A stretch of 38,582 nucleotides of DNA, taken from positions 1 to 38,582 of the IMG/VR virus record IMGVR_UViG_3300041809_000972; one strand, written 5' to 3'. Numbering within the stretch: position 1 is the first letter of the stretch; every line of letters starts with the position of its first letter. The notes beneath the pieces were generated by a model, which made no database searches, was not told the origin of the DNA, and saw only the letters and a program-made list of their open reading frames with translations. Of the stretch, positions 17,586 to 25,877 are shown in pieces. Both the position numbers and the translations under genes were made by a program. This DNA is from a virus. Lineage: Duplodnaviria > Caudoviricetes.

Positions 17586-17644
17586 AGGTTAGATAAATCT
17601 TAGCATCGACCTGTTGACTTCGGCGCGCCTGTGGTCGATAATCT
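17579..17644 (+). promoter_or_regulatory. class II promoter with upstream TAGATAAA direct repeat
   Basis: TAGATAAAGGTTAGATAAAT...CGACCTGTTGACT-17 nt-GATAAT(CT); near copy at 21460-21524. Confidence 0.75.
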
Positions 17645-17678
17645 AACTATGAAGACCACCGAACAAGGAGCCGAGAAA

Positions 17679-18281
17679 ATGAACTCCCTTAGCATCACCG
17701 AGATCGACTTCCACGAGCGTCAGCTCCCGAAGTGGCGCCCAGCCGTCAGCCGGTACAGCCGCCCGTACATGTCACCCACGCCGGCCGAATACAACAAGAA
17801 GATGCGCTGCTACATCAGCCCCAAGGGCGAGACCGTCCTGGAGAACCTCTTCGTCGGCCGCCGTAACCGCCCCACTGACCTCTACCGTCGCGAGCTCATG
17901 CCGACCCTCAAGGCGAAGATCGCCGAGTTCCTCGGCTGCCAGTCCGAGCAGGTCAAACTGAACTGGTCACAGCACGCAGGCTGCTCGATGTGCCCCTGCT
18001 CACCTGGGTACATCGTCACCGCTCCGGTCCAGAAGGCTGTGGACATCTACGTCTCGGTGGAAGCAGCCGAGGACGCCGCAGCCGTCACGGCTGAGGCCAA
18101 GCCGGTACTCGACCAGGTACGCAACGAAGTCGCCGCAGCCCGGACACAGAGTGGCCGCGGTCCTTCCGGCAAGCTCCGCAACTTCAGCGCCATGTCGGCC
18201 GAGAAGCTCGCAGCCGTCCGTGATGCCGTTGTCCGCGAGAACAACGACGCCGAGGCACTGGCTGTCCTGGTGGCATCATGA
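17679..18281 (+). CDS. hypothetical protein with WSQHAGCSMCPCSPG motif
   Basis: AAGGAG RBS before ATG 17679; phage-like codon usage. Confidence 0.7.
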   Translation: MNSLSITEIDFHERQLPKWRPAVSRYSRPYMSPTPAEYNKKMRCYISPKGETVLENLFVGRRNRPTDLYRRELMPTLKAKIAEFLGCQSEQVKLNWSQHAGCSMCPCSPGYIVTAPVQKAVDIYVSVEAAEDAAAVTAEAKPVLDQVRNEVAAARTQSGRGPSGKLRNFSAMSAEKLAAVRDAVVRENNDAEALAVLVAS

Positions 18282-19489
18282 GGAACTACCGAGCCATGAA
18301 GGATGAGAAGTTGCTCCGCGTCGCGGACGAACTGGAGGCGAGCATCGGTCCCGCCGAGGACCTGCCCACCGTCCTGCAGCTCGTGGCCGACCGGGGTCTC
18401 GAGCGGAGCGGCACACCGGTTGAGGCAGCCGTACGGCCGAGCGGTCGGATGTACGCAACGGCCGCCCTCGCCCCTATGACCTGCAAGGCAGTGGGGTTCG
18501 TGCGGGAGGTCGGCGAACCGACCGACTGGCTGATGAACCCGAAGCTGGACGGGTATCGCCTCGTCTGCGTCGTGGAAGACGGACGGGTCAGCATGATGAG
18601 CCGCGGCGAAAAGTGGCAGGACGGGAAGTTGCCGTACCTGGAGGACGCTCTGCTCAAACGCTTCCCGTGCGGGACCGTGCTGGATGGCGAGATCTGCGCG
18701 CTGCGCGAGGGCACGGCCGCCGGCGAGCCCCGCGTCGTGAACGACTTCGAGCACGTGCAGTCGATCATGAACAGCGACGCGGAGAAGGCCGTGTGGAAGG
18801 CGTCACACACTAGACCGCTGACCTACCACTGCTTCGACATCCTGCAGCTCGGTGGGACCGACCTGCGCGGGAGGCCGCTCGTCGAGCGCCTGAACGTGCT
18901 AGACGAGCAGCTGAACGAACGTGGCATGGACATCGCGGACGACAACCTCTTTCAGCGGACGCCGTACGTCGAGGCTGCGCAGGAGACCCACGACGCGTGG
19001 GTCGAGGCCGGATTCGAGGGGACCGTCCTGAAGCGGAAGGACAGCACGTACAGGGTCGGGCAGCGTGGCCACGGGTGGGTCAAGATCAAGCACAAAGCCG
19101 AGATGGATGCCATCATCGTCGGCTTCATGCCGGGTCAGGGTCGGCTCAGGGGGCAGGTCGGGTCCACGGTATTCGCGCAGCGGACGACTGACCCGGAGAT
19201 GCTCAGGAAATCGGCCGAGTACATCAAGCGGCTGCGCGCGGAGGCCACCAAGCGTGGTGGTGAGCTCTACATCAACGAAGACCTGATGGATGGGCTCGGG
19301 TTGGCGATCCGGGGCGCCTGCAGCGGGTACGACGACGTTGAGCGGGCTGACCTCGAGGCGAGGATCGGGGACGTCATCAGCGTCCACCACAACGGCCTGA
19401 TGGCCGGTGGCCTGAAGGTCCGCCACCCGCAGTTCTTCCGCAACCGCGAGGACAAGACCCCGGCCGAGATCGGGTGGCACCATCGATGA
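18278..19489 (+). CDS. ATP-dependent DNA ligase
   Basis: PKLDGYR (motif I), LDGEI (III), CFDIL (IIIa), EGTVLK (IV), WVKIK (V) and an OB domain ending RHPQFFRNREDK. Confidence 0.92.
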   Translation: MRNYRAMKDEKLLRVADELEASIGPAEDLPTVLQLVADRGLERSGTPVEAAVRPSGRMYATAALAPMTCKAVGFVREVGEPTDWLMNPKLDGYRLVCVVEDGRVSMMSRGEKWQDGKLPYLEDALLKRFPCGTVLDGEICALREGTAAGEPRVVNDFEHVQSIMNSDAEKAVWKASHTRPLTYHCFDILQLGGTDLRGRPLVERLNVLDEQLNERGMDIADDNLFQRTPYVEAAQETHDAWVEAGFEGTVLKRKDSTYRVGQRGHGWVKIKHKAEMDAIIVGFMPGQGRLRGQVGSTVFAQRTTDPEMLRKSAEYIKRLRAEATKRGGELYINEDLMDGLGLAIRGACSGYDDVERADLEARIGDVISVHHNGLMAGGLKVRHPQFFRNREDKTPAEIGWHHR

Positions 19490-19986
19490 AGGATAACCGC
19501 GGGACTGAGATCACGCCAGGTGTCACTGTCGTCTACAACATCTGCGGTCAGGTCGCGAAGGGCGTCGTGCTCAAGGTGCACCCACGAGCGACCGGATACA
19601 CAGCGACGAAGGTGGAGGTCGTGCTGTGTCACAACGCAGCAGGCTACCGAAAGGGTCACGTATCGAAGCTGAAGAACCCACTGAACCTACTTGTCGTGAA
19701 TGAGGCAGGGCCGGGCCGGGACGTGCGACGCGAGATGGACGAGCGTCGCGGTCGGAAATGCTGTGCACGGATCTGGCACGGGGGCGGTCACCAAAGTGGG
19801 ACCTACTGCGAAGTCGAGGGGCCGCACGAGCTGCACGAAGCCACGTACGGTGAGTCCCGGGAGGTGGCCACGTGGCACACGGGTCAGTTCGTGGAGGTCT
19901 ACGCTCGTGTCGGTGCTGACTGGTGGGATCCGCGCGACGGTATCACGGGCTTCTTCGATGAGCCACCTCAGGACGCGGACCTGTGA
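19486..19986 (+). CDS. hypothetical protein (SH3-like N-terminus, Cys/His-containing C-terminus)
   Basis: ATGA overlap; MKDNRGTEITPGVTVVY. Confidence 0.55.
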   Translation: MKDNRGTEITPGVTVVYNICGQVAKGVVLKVHPRATGYTATKVEVVLCHNAAGYRKGHVSKLKNPLNLLVVNEAGPGRDVRREMDERRGRKCCARIWHGGGHQSGTYCEVEGPHELHEATYGESREVATWHTGQFVEVYARVGADWWDPRDGITGFFDEPPQDADL

Positions 19987-20014
19987 ATTTCATGAACGAA
20001 AGGATCACCGACTC

Positions 20015-20263
20015 GTGAGCCATCCACTTCCCACAGACGTGAGGATCAGGTACGTGCATCCGCGCTTGTCGTCGATGCGTGACCTGTACCAGGCATGGCT
20101 CGAGCCGGAACACAGGTACCTCGGGGTCATCCAGAAGCGCACGCCTACCGAATGGGCGGCGTACAGGCCGAACAGCTACGCACGTCCCGACTTCGTCGGT
20201 GAGACTCGTACGCTGGCCGGCGAGTTCCTACGAGAGGCTGGTGATGGTGCATCGGACTCATGA
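20015..20263 (+). CDS. hypothetical protein
   Basis: AAAGGA upstream of GTG 20015; ATGA overlap with the next gene. Confidence 0.5.
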   Translation: MSHPLPTDVRIRYVHPRLSSMRDLYQAWLEPEHRYLGVIQKRTPTEWAAYRPNSYARPDFVGETRTLAGEFLREAGDGASDS

Positions 20264-20571
20264 TCGCCGCATTCACCGCGCTGCTGCTAGCGACCGCAGC
20301 GCCGCGTCACTACGAGGTGTCATCGACGTGCTACGCTCAGGGCGGCGTGACCGCCTCGGGCGAGGACGCATACCTCGGGGAGGTCGCCGTCCTACCGGGA
20401 TTCCTTCCGCTGGGTACGCACATCAGGCTCGATCATCCCGAGTTCGGGAGGAGAAACTACGTCGTGCTTGACCACATCGGACACGGGTCGGAACTCGACA
20501 TCTTCAATCCTTCGGAAGAGGCTTGTATCCAGTACGGTCGGCGCGAGATTGGATTTACGGTGTCACGGTGA
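20260..20571 (+). CDS. secreted 3D (Asp-Asp-Asp) domain protein, lytic-transglycosylase-like
   Basis: Signal-like N-terminus; STCY..GVTASG..VAVLPGFLPLGTHI..VLDHIG..LDIF..EACIQYGRR. Confidence 0.75.
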   Translation: MIAAFTALLLATAAPRHYEVSSTCYAQGGVTASGEDAYLGEVAVLPGFLPLGTHIRLDHPEFGRRNYVVLDHIGHGSELDIFNPSEEACIQYGRREIGFTVSR

Positions 20572-21086
20572 TCCTCCAGCGCATCCTCATGGAGCAGGAC
20601 CCGACCGGCTGGCGGATGATGAACGGGTGCATCCTGCTGAACCTCACGAGGCGGCAGCAGGTGGACCTCGTGTACCCGGAGCTCTTCCGCTGCTACCCGG
20701 ACCCGGGCCACATGCGGAATGCGTGGCAGACAGACCTCGCCGACAAGCTTCGTCCGCTCGGTCTGCAGTACAGGCGCGCGGAGACCCTGCGTAAGTTCAG
20801 TGACTGGTGGTGCCGAGCGTGGGACCCGGGCGAGGACATGACGATCACGCTGGGTCAGGTGCCCTACCCATCGTCCTTCCTCGAGCGGATACGCGCGATG
20901 GAGCCTCCGGGCATCGGCGAGTACGCACGTGACAGCTGGGCGATCTTCGTGGAAGGCATCGTGCCGGACTGGGAGGTCAACGATCACGCCCTGCTGGAGC
21001 ACCTCAGCGAGCTCGACCCGATGATGTGGTGCACCGATCGCCGGCCTTGGGAGCCCGAGGCGTACTGGGCCGAGCGGATCAGATGA
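20568..21086 (+). CDS. MBD4-like HhH-GPD DNA glycosylase (G:T/G:U/G:5hmU mismatch)
   Basis: WRMMNGCILLNLT, LRPLGLQYRRAETLRKFS, PGIGEYARDSWAIF and NDHAL parallel MBD4 WKLLIATIFLNRT, LKPLGLYDLRAKTIVKFS, HGIGKYGNDSYRIF and EDHKL. Confidence 0.85.
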   Translation: MILQRILMEQDPTGWRMMNGCILLNLTRRQQVDLVYPELFRCYPDPGHMRNAWQTDLADKLRPLGLQYRRAETLRKFSDWWCRAWDPGEDMTITLGQVPYPSSFLERIRAMEPPGIGEYARDSWAIFVEGIVPDWEVNDHALLEHLSELDPMMWCTDRRPWEPEAYWAERIR

Positions 21087-21403
21087 GCCGGCGGAAGCTG
21101 CCCACGCCGGACACGCTTCGTCAAGGCGTGATGGACCTGCTGGACATCAGCATCGACGCCGGTGCGCTCGCGATGCCACCGATGCGATGCACGTGCCACG
21201 GTGGCCCGCTGTTCGACTGCCCGGATCGGCCCGCGATGTTCCCGATCATGGACGAGGTGACTGCGCGTGCTGCGAAAGCCCGGCTCGACGTGGCGGTCGA
21301 AGCCTGGGTCATCACGCCGGACGAGGCCGAGGCGATCAGGGACCGGATGCAGCGATTCCTGCCCGACTGGCGGCGCCGCCTACGCGAGGAAGGACCCGAA
21401 TGA
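21083..21403 (+). CDS. hypothetical protein
   Basis: ATGA overlap; CTCHGGPLFDC motif. Confidence 0.55.
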   Translation: MSRRKLPTPDTLRQGVMDLLDISIDAGALAMPPMRCTCHGGPLFDCPDRPAMFPIMDEVTARAAKARLDVAVEAWVITPDEAEAIRDRMQRFLPDWRRRLREEGPE

Positions 21404-21459
21404 GGGCGTGACGGCTAGCTCGGCTCCGCCAGATCGCCTGCGAGATGACGATTTCGCAC

Positions 21460-21524
21460 TAGATAAAGGCTAGATAAATTACCGCCCGACCTATTGACTC
21501 GCAGCGCGCCGCTGTCGATAATCT
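21460..21524 (+). promoter_or_regulatory. class II promoter with upstream TAGATAAA direct repeat (second copy)
   Basis: TAGATAAAGGCTAGATAAAT...CGACCTATTGACT-17 nt-GATAAT(CT); AAAGGAG RBS downstream. Confidence 0.75.
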
Positions 21525-21560
21525 GAACCATGAGCACAACCGGAGAACAAAGGAGCTGAC

Positions 21561-22001
21561 ATGGACATCAAGGTAGGGGACCGGGTCACCCCGGTGCCGG
21601 ATGAGAGGGCACACGCGAGCACACTCGGCGCCGTCTTCATCGTGGAGAAGATCAACCCGCGGAACGTGAGGTGCAGCGCTGACGGTGGCCGCGGGATCAA
21701 CTACCCGGCTGACATGCTCGTGCCGGCGACCGACGAGAACATCGAGGCCGGACGCCGCTTCTTCGGCGGCACCATCCCGTACCGCGAGCACTTCAGCAAC
21801 GGCGAGATCGTGACGCTAACCGAGCCGTACAAGGGGATCACGTCCACCATGCCACTTATCGTCTTCAAGGACGACGGTGGGAACTACGTGAACCTCGTGA
21901 TCCTGGGAGGTGACGGCAGCCGGTACCTGCGCATGCCGCCCCGCAAACTGGTCAGACGCGACCTGGCCTGGCTCACCGAGCACCTGGTGGAGGTGGCGTG
22001 A
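21561..22001 (+). CDS. hypothetical protein (tandem SH3/KOW-like domains)
   Basis: AAAGGAG RBS; IKVGDRV and FSNGEIV half-repeats. Confidence 0.7.
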   Translation: MDIKVGDRVTPVPDERAHASTLGAVFIVEKINPRNVRCSADGGRGINYPADMLVPATDENIEAGRRFFGGTIPYREHFSNGEIVTLTEPYKGITSTMPLIVFKDDGGNYVNLVILGGDGSRYLRMPPRKLVRRDLAWLTEHLVEVA

Positions 22002-22265
22002 ATGGAGACCCTCGAGCAGGTAGCCGACCGCATCGTCGCTCCCGAGGAAGACGTCACGTACCGCCGCGCCGATGAGCTGCACAGTGCGCTGGAGATCGAG
22101 ACCTTGCGCGGGTGGCGCGGACTCACGAAAGTGGATCGCATCCATCGCCACGTGCAGGTGATCCTGGACGACGGCCAGTGCCTGGTGTTCGTGCCGGGTC
22201 AGACCTTCAAGAGCCGGAGTGGCTCGGTGACCCGTACTTCCACCTGTCGCACCAGTCCAACCTGA
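22002..22265 (+). CDS. hypothetical protein
   Basis: GGAGGT RBS; the 3' end runs into a remnant of another gene. Confidence 0.5.
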   Translation: METLEQVADRIVAPEEDVTYRRADELHSALEIETLRGWRGLTKVDRIHRHVQVILDDGQCLVFVPGQTFKSRSGSVTRTSTCRTSPT

Positions 22266-22342
22266 TCCGCAAGGATCCGGCACACTACGGTCCGATCTTC
22301 CCTGGTGTACCCGACGACCTACCGTACGTCTGGCCGGTCTAG
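22211..22342 (+). pseudogene. C-terminal remnant of an MSMEG_6728-family / pyrimidine-dimer glycosylase (endonuclease V-like) gene
   Basis: EPEWLGDPYFHLSHQSNLIRKDPAHYGPIFPGVPDDLPYVWPV matches the family C-terminus. The N-terminal MQTFLP...LDxxRLGKQRVE region is not present in frame. Confidence 0.65.
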
Positions 22343-23320
22343 CAGCTGCCGCCACGGCTCGGCCGCGAGCGGGAACGAGCGTGACGGGACCACGGCGTCG
22401 CGTGCCACCCTGCCGGCCGCAGCTATCTGTCCCGGCCGCTGGAGGAAGGTCCGCAGGATGTCCGCAGCTTCCGCGGGGTTGGACGCCACCAGCTCGGCTT
22501 CCGGGTAGATGTACGGGGCGCAGATGCACGGCTGACCCAGTGCGCTCGCCTCGAGCCACCGCAGGTCACTCTTGCCACGGTACCACTTGTCCTGGCCTGC
22601 GGGGGCGAGGAAGACGTCGATGCCGGCCATCGCGGTCGAGTAGGTCCGGAACGGTCCCCACGGGATGCCGAGGGCACGCTCGTCCCCCAGCCGTTCGATC
22701 GCTAGCTGCGCGACCTCAGGCTGACCGATCGCGAGGAACTGCGCGGTCGGATGGTCGTCAAGCGCATCGAGGATGCCACCTTCGAGCCACGAGCGCACCG
22801 CGCTGTAGTGGCCGGTGCCGCCGGCCCAGCCCACGGTGACAAAGTCCCGCTGCGGTTTCTCGTACGCGTACCGCTCCGCGTCGATCCCGTTCCGGCACAC
22901 CGTGATGCGTGGGTTGATGCCGCGGTACCGTTCGGCGAGGAAGGGTGTGGAGACGATCACCTCGTCGCACATCGCCATGCAGCGATCGTACTCCTTCATC
23001 TGGGCCGGTGTGAACCACTTACTCGATCCGTGATCGATGAGGTGGCGGATTCCGTGCAGGTAGTCGTCAGTCTCGTATAGCACGCGGACGCCTTTATCCC
23101 GGAGCTTTGAGATGCGTCGTTCCCACTTAGCTCCGCACGCCTGTTGACACACGACCGTATCGTACTGGTCGATGTCTGGGATGCCGTCTACGTTGCCAGT
23201 CTCCACCTCGAAGTCGGGCGAGACGCCGATCCAGTCGTGACCCAGTGCTTCGGCGGGTAGCCGGCACCTGTAGTGGGTGACGGCGTTGCGGCCCAGCCCG
23301 ATGAACAGGACCCTACTCAT
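22319..23320 (-). CDS. GT-B fold glycosyltransferase (GT4-like)
   Basis: YRCRLPA, YETDDYL, VIVSTPFLA, VGWAGGTGH, DVFLAP and KSDLRWLEASALGQPCI; start ATG 23320. Confidence 0.85.
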   Translation of the reverse strand: MSRVLFIGLGRNAVTHYRCRLPAEALGHDWIGVSPDFEVETGNVDGIPDIDQYDTVVCQQACGAKWERRISKLRDKGVRVLYETDDYLHGIRHLIDHGSSKWFTPAQMKEYDRCMAMCDEVIVSTPFLAERYRGINPRITVCRNGIDAERYAYEKPQRDFVTVGWAGGTGHYSAVRSWLEGGILDALDDHPTAQFLAIGQPEVAQLAIERLGDERALGIPWGPFRTYSTAMAGIDVFLAPAGQDKWYRGKSDLRWLEASALGQPCICAPYIYPEAELVASNPAEAADILRTFLQRPGQIAAAGRVARDAVVPSRSFPLAAEPWRQLLDRPDVR

Positions 23321-24050
23321 GTGGGAATTCCTCGAATGTGCGGCCCCTGTATTTCTCCTGTAGCCTGACCCAGCTCGCGTTTGTCCACTCCACAATCCGC
23401 TTCGTCGGACGACCGCGGCTCAGCGACTCGTGATGGTACGCTTCTGCGCCAGGCTCGTACGCGCAGGTCATCCCCGCATCGAAGGCGCGGATACAGTAGT
23501 CCACGTCCTCCCATCCGAGGCGGAACCGGTCATCGTACAGCCCGATCCGCTCGAGCGCCTCGAGGCGCACGAGCTGCAGAGCTCCGGTCACCGGGCAGGT
23601 CCGCGGGTGGTGGACGGCGGGCAGGTCGACCGGCGCGTATTTGAACTGCTCCGCCCACGCGCGCTGAAGCTGGCAGTAGTAGATCCCAGCGTGCTGCACC
23701 ACACCGTGTGGGTAGATGAGCAGGGCGCCGACGACCTGAGCCGGGTTCGCTTCCATCGCCTCAAGCCACGGCTTCGTGAACACGATGTCGGTGTTCACCA
23801 GCACCGCATCCCGCTGGCTGTCGAGCGCCATCTGCAGGCCGACGTTGACGGCGCTCGAGAACCCGCCGTTCTCCTTGCGGATCCCCGCCGCGTCGAACTC
23901 GCGTGCGACGTCGAGTGCACCCTCGAGCGGACCACCGTCATCGACCACGACGGCGCCGCAGTCCGCGGTCCGGCGCATCGAACGGAGGCACTTGCGGAGC
24001 GTCTCGAGGTCCTCCTCGGTGCGTGCGTATGACGGGATGACCGCTAGCAT
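23313..24050 (-). CDS. GT2 glycosyltransferase (rhamnosyltransferase-like)
   Basis: VIPSY, VVDDG, ENGGFSSAVNVG, LVNTDI, VTGA, DDRFRLGWEDVDYC and HHESLSRG. Confidence 0.9.
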   Translation of the reverse strand: MLAVIPSYARTEEDLETLRKCLRSMRRTADCGAVVVDDGGPLEGALDVAREFDAAGIRKENGGFSSAVNVGLQMALDSQRDAVLVNTDIVFTKPWLEAMEANPAQVVGALLIYPHGVVQHAGIYYCQLQRAWAEQFKYAPVDLPAVHHPRTCPVTGALQLVRLEALERIGLYDDRFRLGWEDVDYCIRAFDAGMTCAYEPGAEAYHHESLSRGRPTKRIVEWTNASWVRLQEKYRGRTFEEFPHE

Positions 24051-24868
24051 CTGTGCCCGTAGTACTCGAGCGTGCTGACCTCAGCACCGCAGCGTCCGCA
24101 GGTCTGCGCGAAGCGCTTCCCATCCTTCTCCACCACGAACACGCCCTCTCCCTTGATCCACGGATGCCGCGCATCGATTAGCGGGATGTTGCGCTCGTTT
24201 TCTCGGGTGATGCGCCCGATGTCCACCGGGTGCCACATGTGGTAGCCCCGGGCACGCGGTGCGCATTGGATCGGTACCCCGTGGGCGACCGCCCGTAGGC
24301 CGAGCTCGCCATCCTCGCCGCGGTGCACCTCGTTCCAGAACCCGCCGAGCCTCAGGAATTCCCGCAGGTCCCACATCAGGTTCCCGCCAAAGCACGCGAG
24401 CCCGACGTTGAGCTGCTCCGTGCTGGCGTACTCCGGATCGAACCATCGCTCCTCGCGGAACATCTCCCACCGCGGGTCGCTGAAGTTCTCCGGATCCGGC
24501 TCGCGGCGGCCGGGGCCCATCCAGTCGTACGCGCCGATCACGATCCGTCCTGGACGCCACTTCTCGAGCATCGCCTCGAGAGCTTCCGGGACGAGGAGGA
24601 TGTCGCTATCGACGAACCACACAGCGTCGGTACCGAGCTCACGGGCGCCGATGTTCCTCAGCTGCTCCGTCTCACCCGGTATGAAGCGCTCCGCGCGGAT
24701 CGTGTGGACATTGTCCGCAGGGGGCACCCACCGCACCGCCTCCCTGCCGTCGAAGACCACGATGATCCGGTCCGGCTGGACCGTCTGCTGCTCGAGCGTG
24801 CCGAGGACCGCACGGAGGTTCTCCTCGCGGTTGGGTGCGCAGGGTATGACAACGCCGACGGAGGTCAT
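24044..24868 (-). CDS. GT2 glycosyltransferase with C-terminal CxxC
   Basis: VGVVIPC, VVFDG, LRNIGA, FVDSDI, GEDGELG and HMWHP. Confidence 0.85.
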   Translation of the reverse strand: MTSVGVVIPCAPNREENLRAVLGTLEQQTVQPDRIIVVFDGREAVRWVPPADNVHTIRAERFIPGETEQLRNIGARELGTDAVWFVDSDILLVPEALEAMLEKWRPGRIVIGAYDWMGPGRREPDPENFSDPRWEMFREERWFDPEYASTEQLNVGLACFGGNLMWDLREFLRLGGFWNEVHRGEDGELGLRAVAHGVPIQCAPRARGYHMWHPVDIGRITRENERNIPLIDARHPWIKGEGVFVVEKDGKRFAQTCGRCGAEVSTLEYYGHRC

Positions 24869-25356
24869 GGCAGCAGCCTCTTGATGTCGGACAGGAGCGG
24901 AAGACGTTCGCAGATCCGGCCGTCATCCCAGCTCCACCACTGCACCGCCAACAGCTGCTCGACCACCTCCTCGCTGAACCGCCACCGGATCACCCGAGCC
25001 GGGTTGCCGACCACGACCGCGTAGGGCTGCACGTCTTTCGCGACAACCGCATGCGCACCTACGATGGCGCCGTGTCCGATCGCGATGCCGTCGAGCAGGG
25101 TGACCCCCTCGCCGATCCACACGTCGTGTCCGATGGTGACCCTGTGCGGCCCGCCGGACTGCGGGTAGTCACCCCATCCGTGCTCATAAAACGGGAAGGT
25201 CGAGACGCACTCGGGGTTCGCGATCGGCGGATGCTGACCGGAGACGACGGTGAGACCCGAAGCGATGGACGTGAAGTTGCCTACCTCGAGTAGCAGGTCC
25301 TCGTAGCCCCTCGCATCCTCGGGGAGGGTGGAGTGTCGGCCGAGCTGCGTGATCAC
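24865..25356 (-). CDS. left-handed beta-helix O-acetyltransferase (CatB/Vat-like)
   Basis: VSTFPF, IGHDVWIG, IGHGAIVGAHAVVAKDVQPYAVVVGNPARVIRWRF and QWWSW. Confidence 0.9.
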   Translation of the reverse strand: MITQLGRHSTLPEDARGYEDLLLEVGNFTSIASGLTVVSGQHPPIANPECVSTFPFYEHGWGDYPQSGGPHRVTIGHDVWIGEGVTLLDGIAIGHGAIVGAHAVVAKDVQPYAVVVGNPARVIRWRFSEEVVEQLLAVQWWSWDDGRICERLPLLSDIKRLLP

Positions 25357-25877
25357 GACTTCACCACCATGCCGAGCTCCTCGCCGGCGTTCCTCGACAC
25401 GCCGAGCACCTCGTAGTGGAAGTCGAGTTCCGCCTTGACGTCCTGCCTCACGTCCTCGATGAAGTACAGGCCTCCCGGCCTCAGGCTCGGGAAGAGCCGG
25501 TGGAACGCTGGGTTGATGTCCTCAGCGCAGTGGGAACCGTCGTCGATGATGACGTCGAAGAGGCGGTCCGGATCGTATTCCTTGACGTCACAGCACACGG
25601 TCGTGATCCGGGGTGGCTCATTGTACACGTTCGTCGGGTCGTTCTCGATGCCGGTGATGATCGCCAGCGGTGCCCAGCTCGCCCACACCTTCAGACCACC
25701 GCCACCACACACTCCGATTTCCAGCAGCTTGATCGGCAGGTCGCGCAGGCCGCCGATGACTCGTTCATAGGCAGGGAAGTAGTCGTGGCACCAGTCTGCT
25801 TTGTCGGTGCCGGGCCACTCCGGGTGATCCGGGGTTTTCCCGGTCGGTCCGTTCGCGATGTCGTTCAGTAGGCTCAC
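25353..25877 (-). CDS. class I SAM-dependent (sugar) O-methyltransferase, MycE/TylE-like
   Basis: GTDK, HDYFPAYE, LLEIGVCGGGGLKVW, FDVIIDDGSH and LRPGGLYFIED. Confidence 0.85.
   Translation of the reverse strand: MSLLNDIANGPTGKTPDHPEWPGTDKADWCHDYFPAYERVIGGLRDLPIKLLEIGVCGGGGLKVWASWAPLAIITGIENDPTNVYNEPPRITTVCCDVKEYDPDRLFDVIIDDGSHCAEDINPAFHRLFPSLRPGGLYFIEDVRQDVKAELDFHYEVLGVSRNAGEELGMVVKS

Noticed and set aside
24865-25356. Chloramphenicol/streptogramin resistance gene (catB/vat)
   Set aside because: The fold is the same, but the gene is embedded among glycosyltransferases, so a sugar O-acetyltransferase is more likely.
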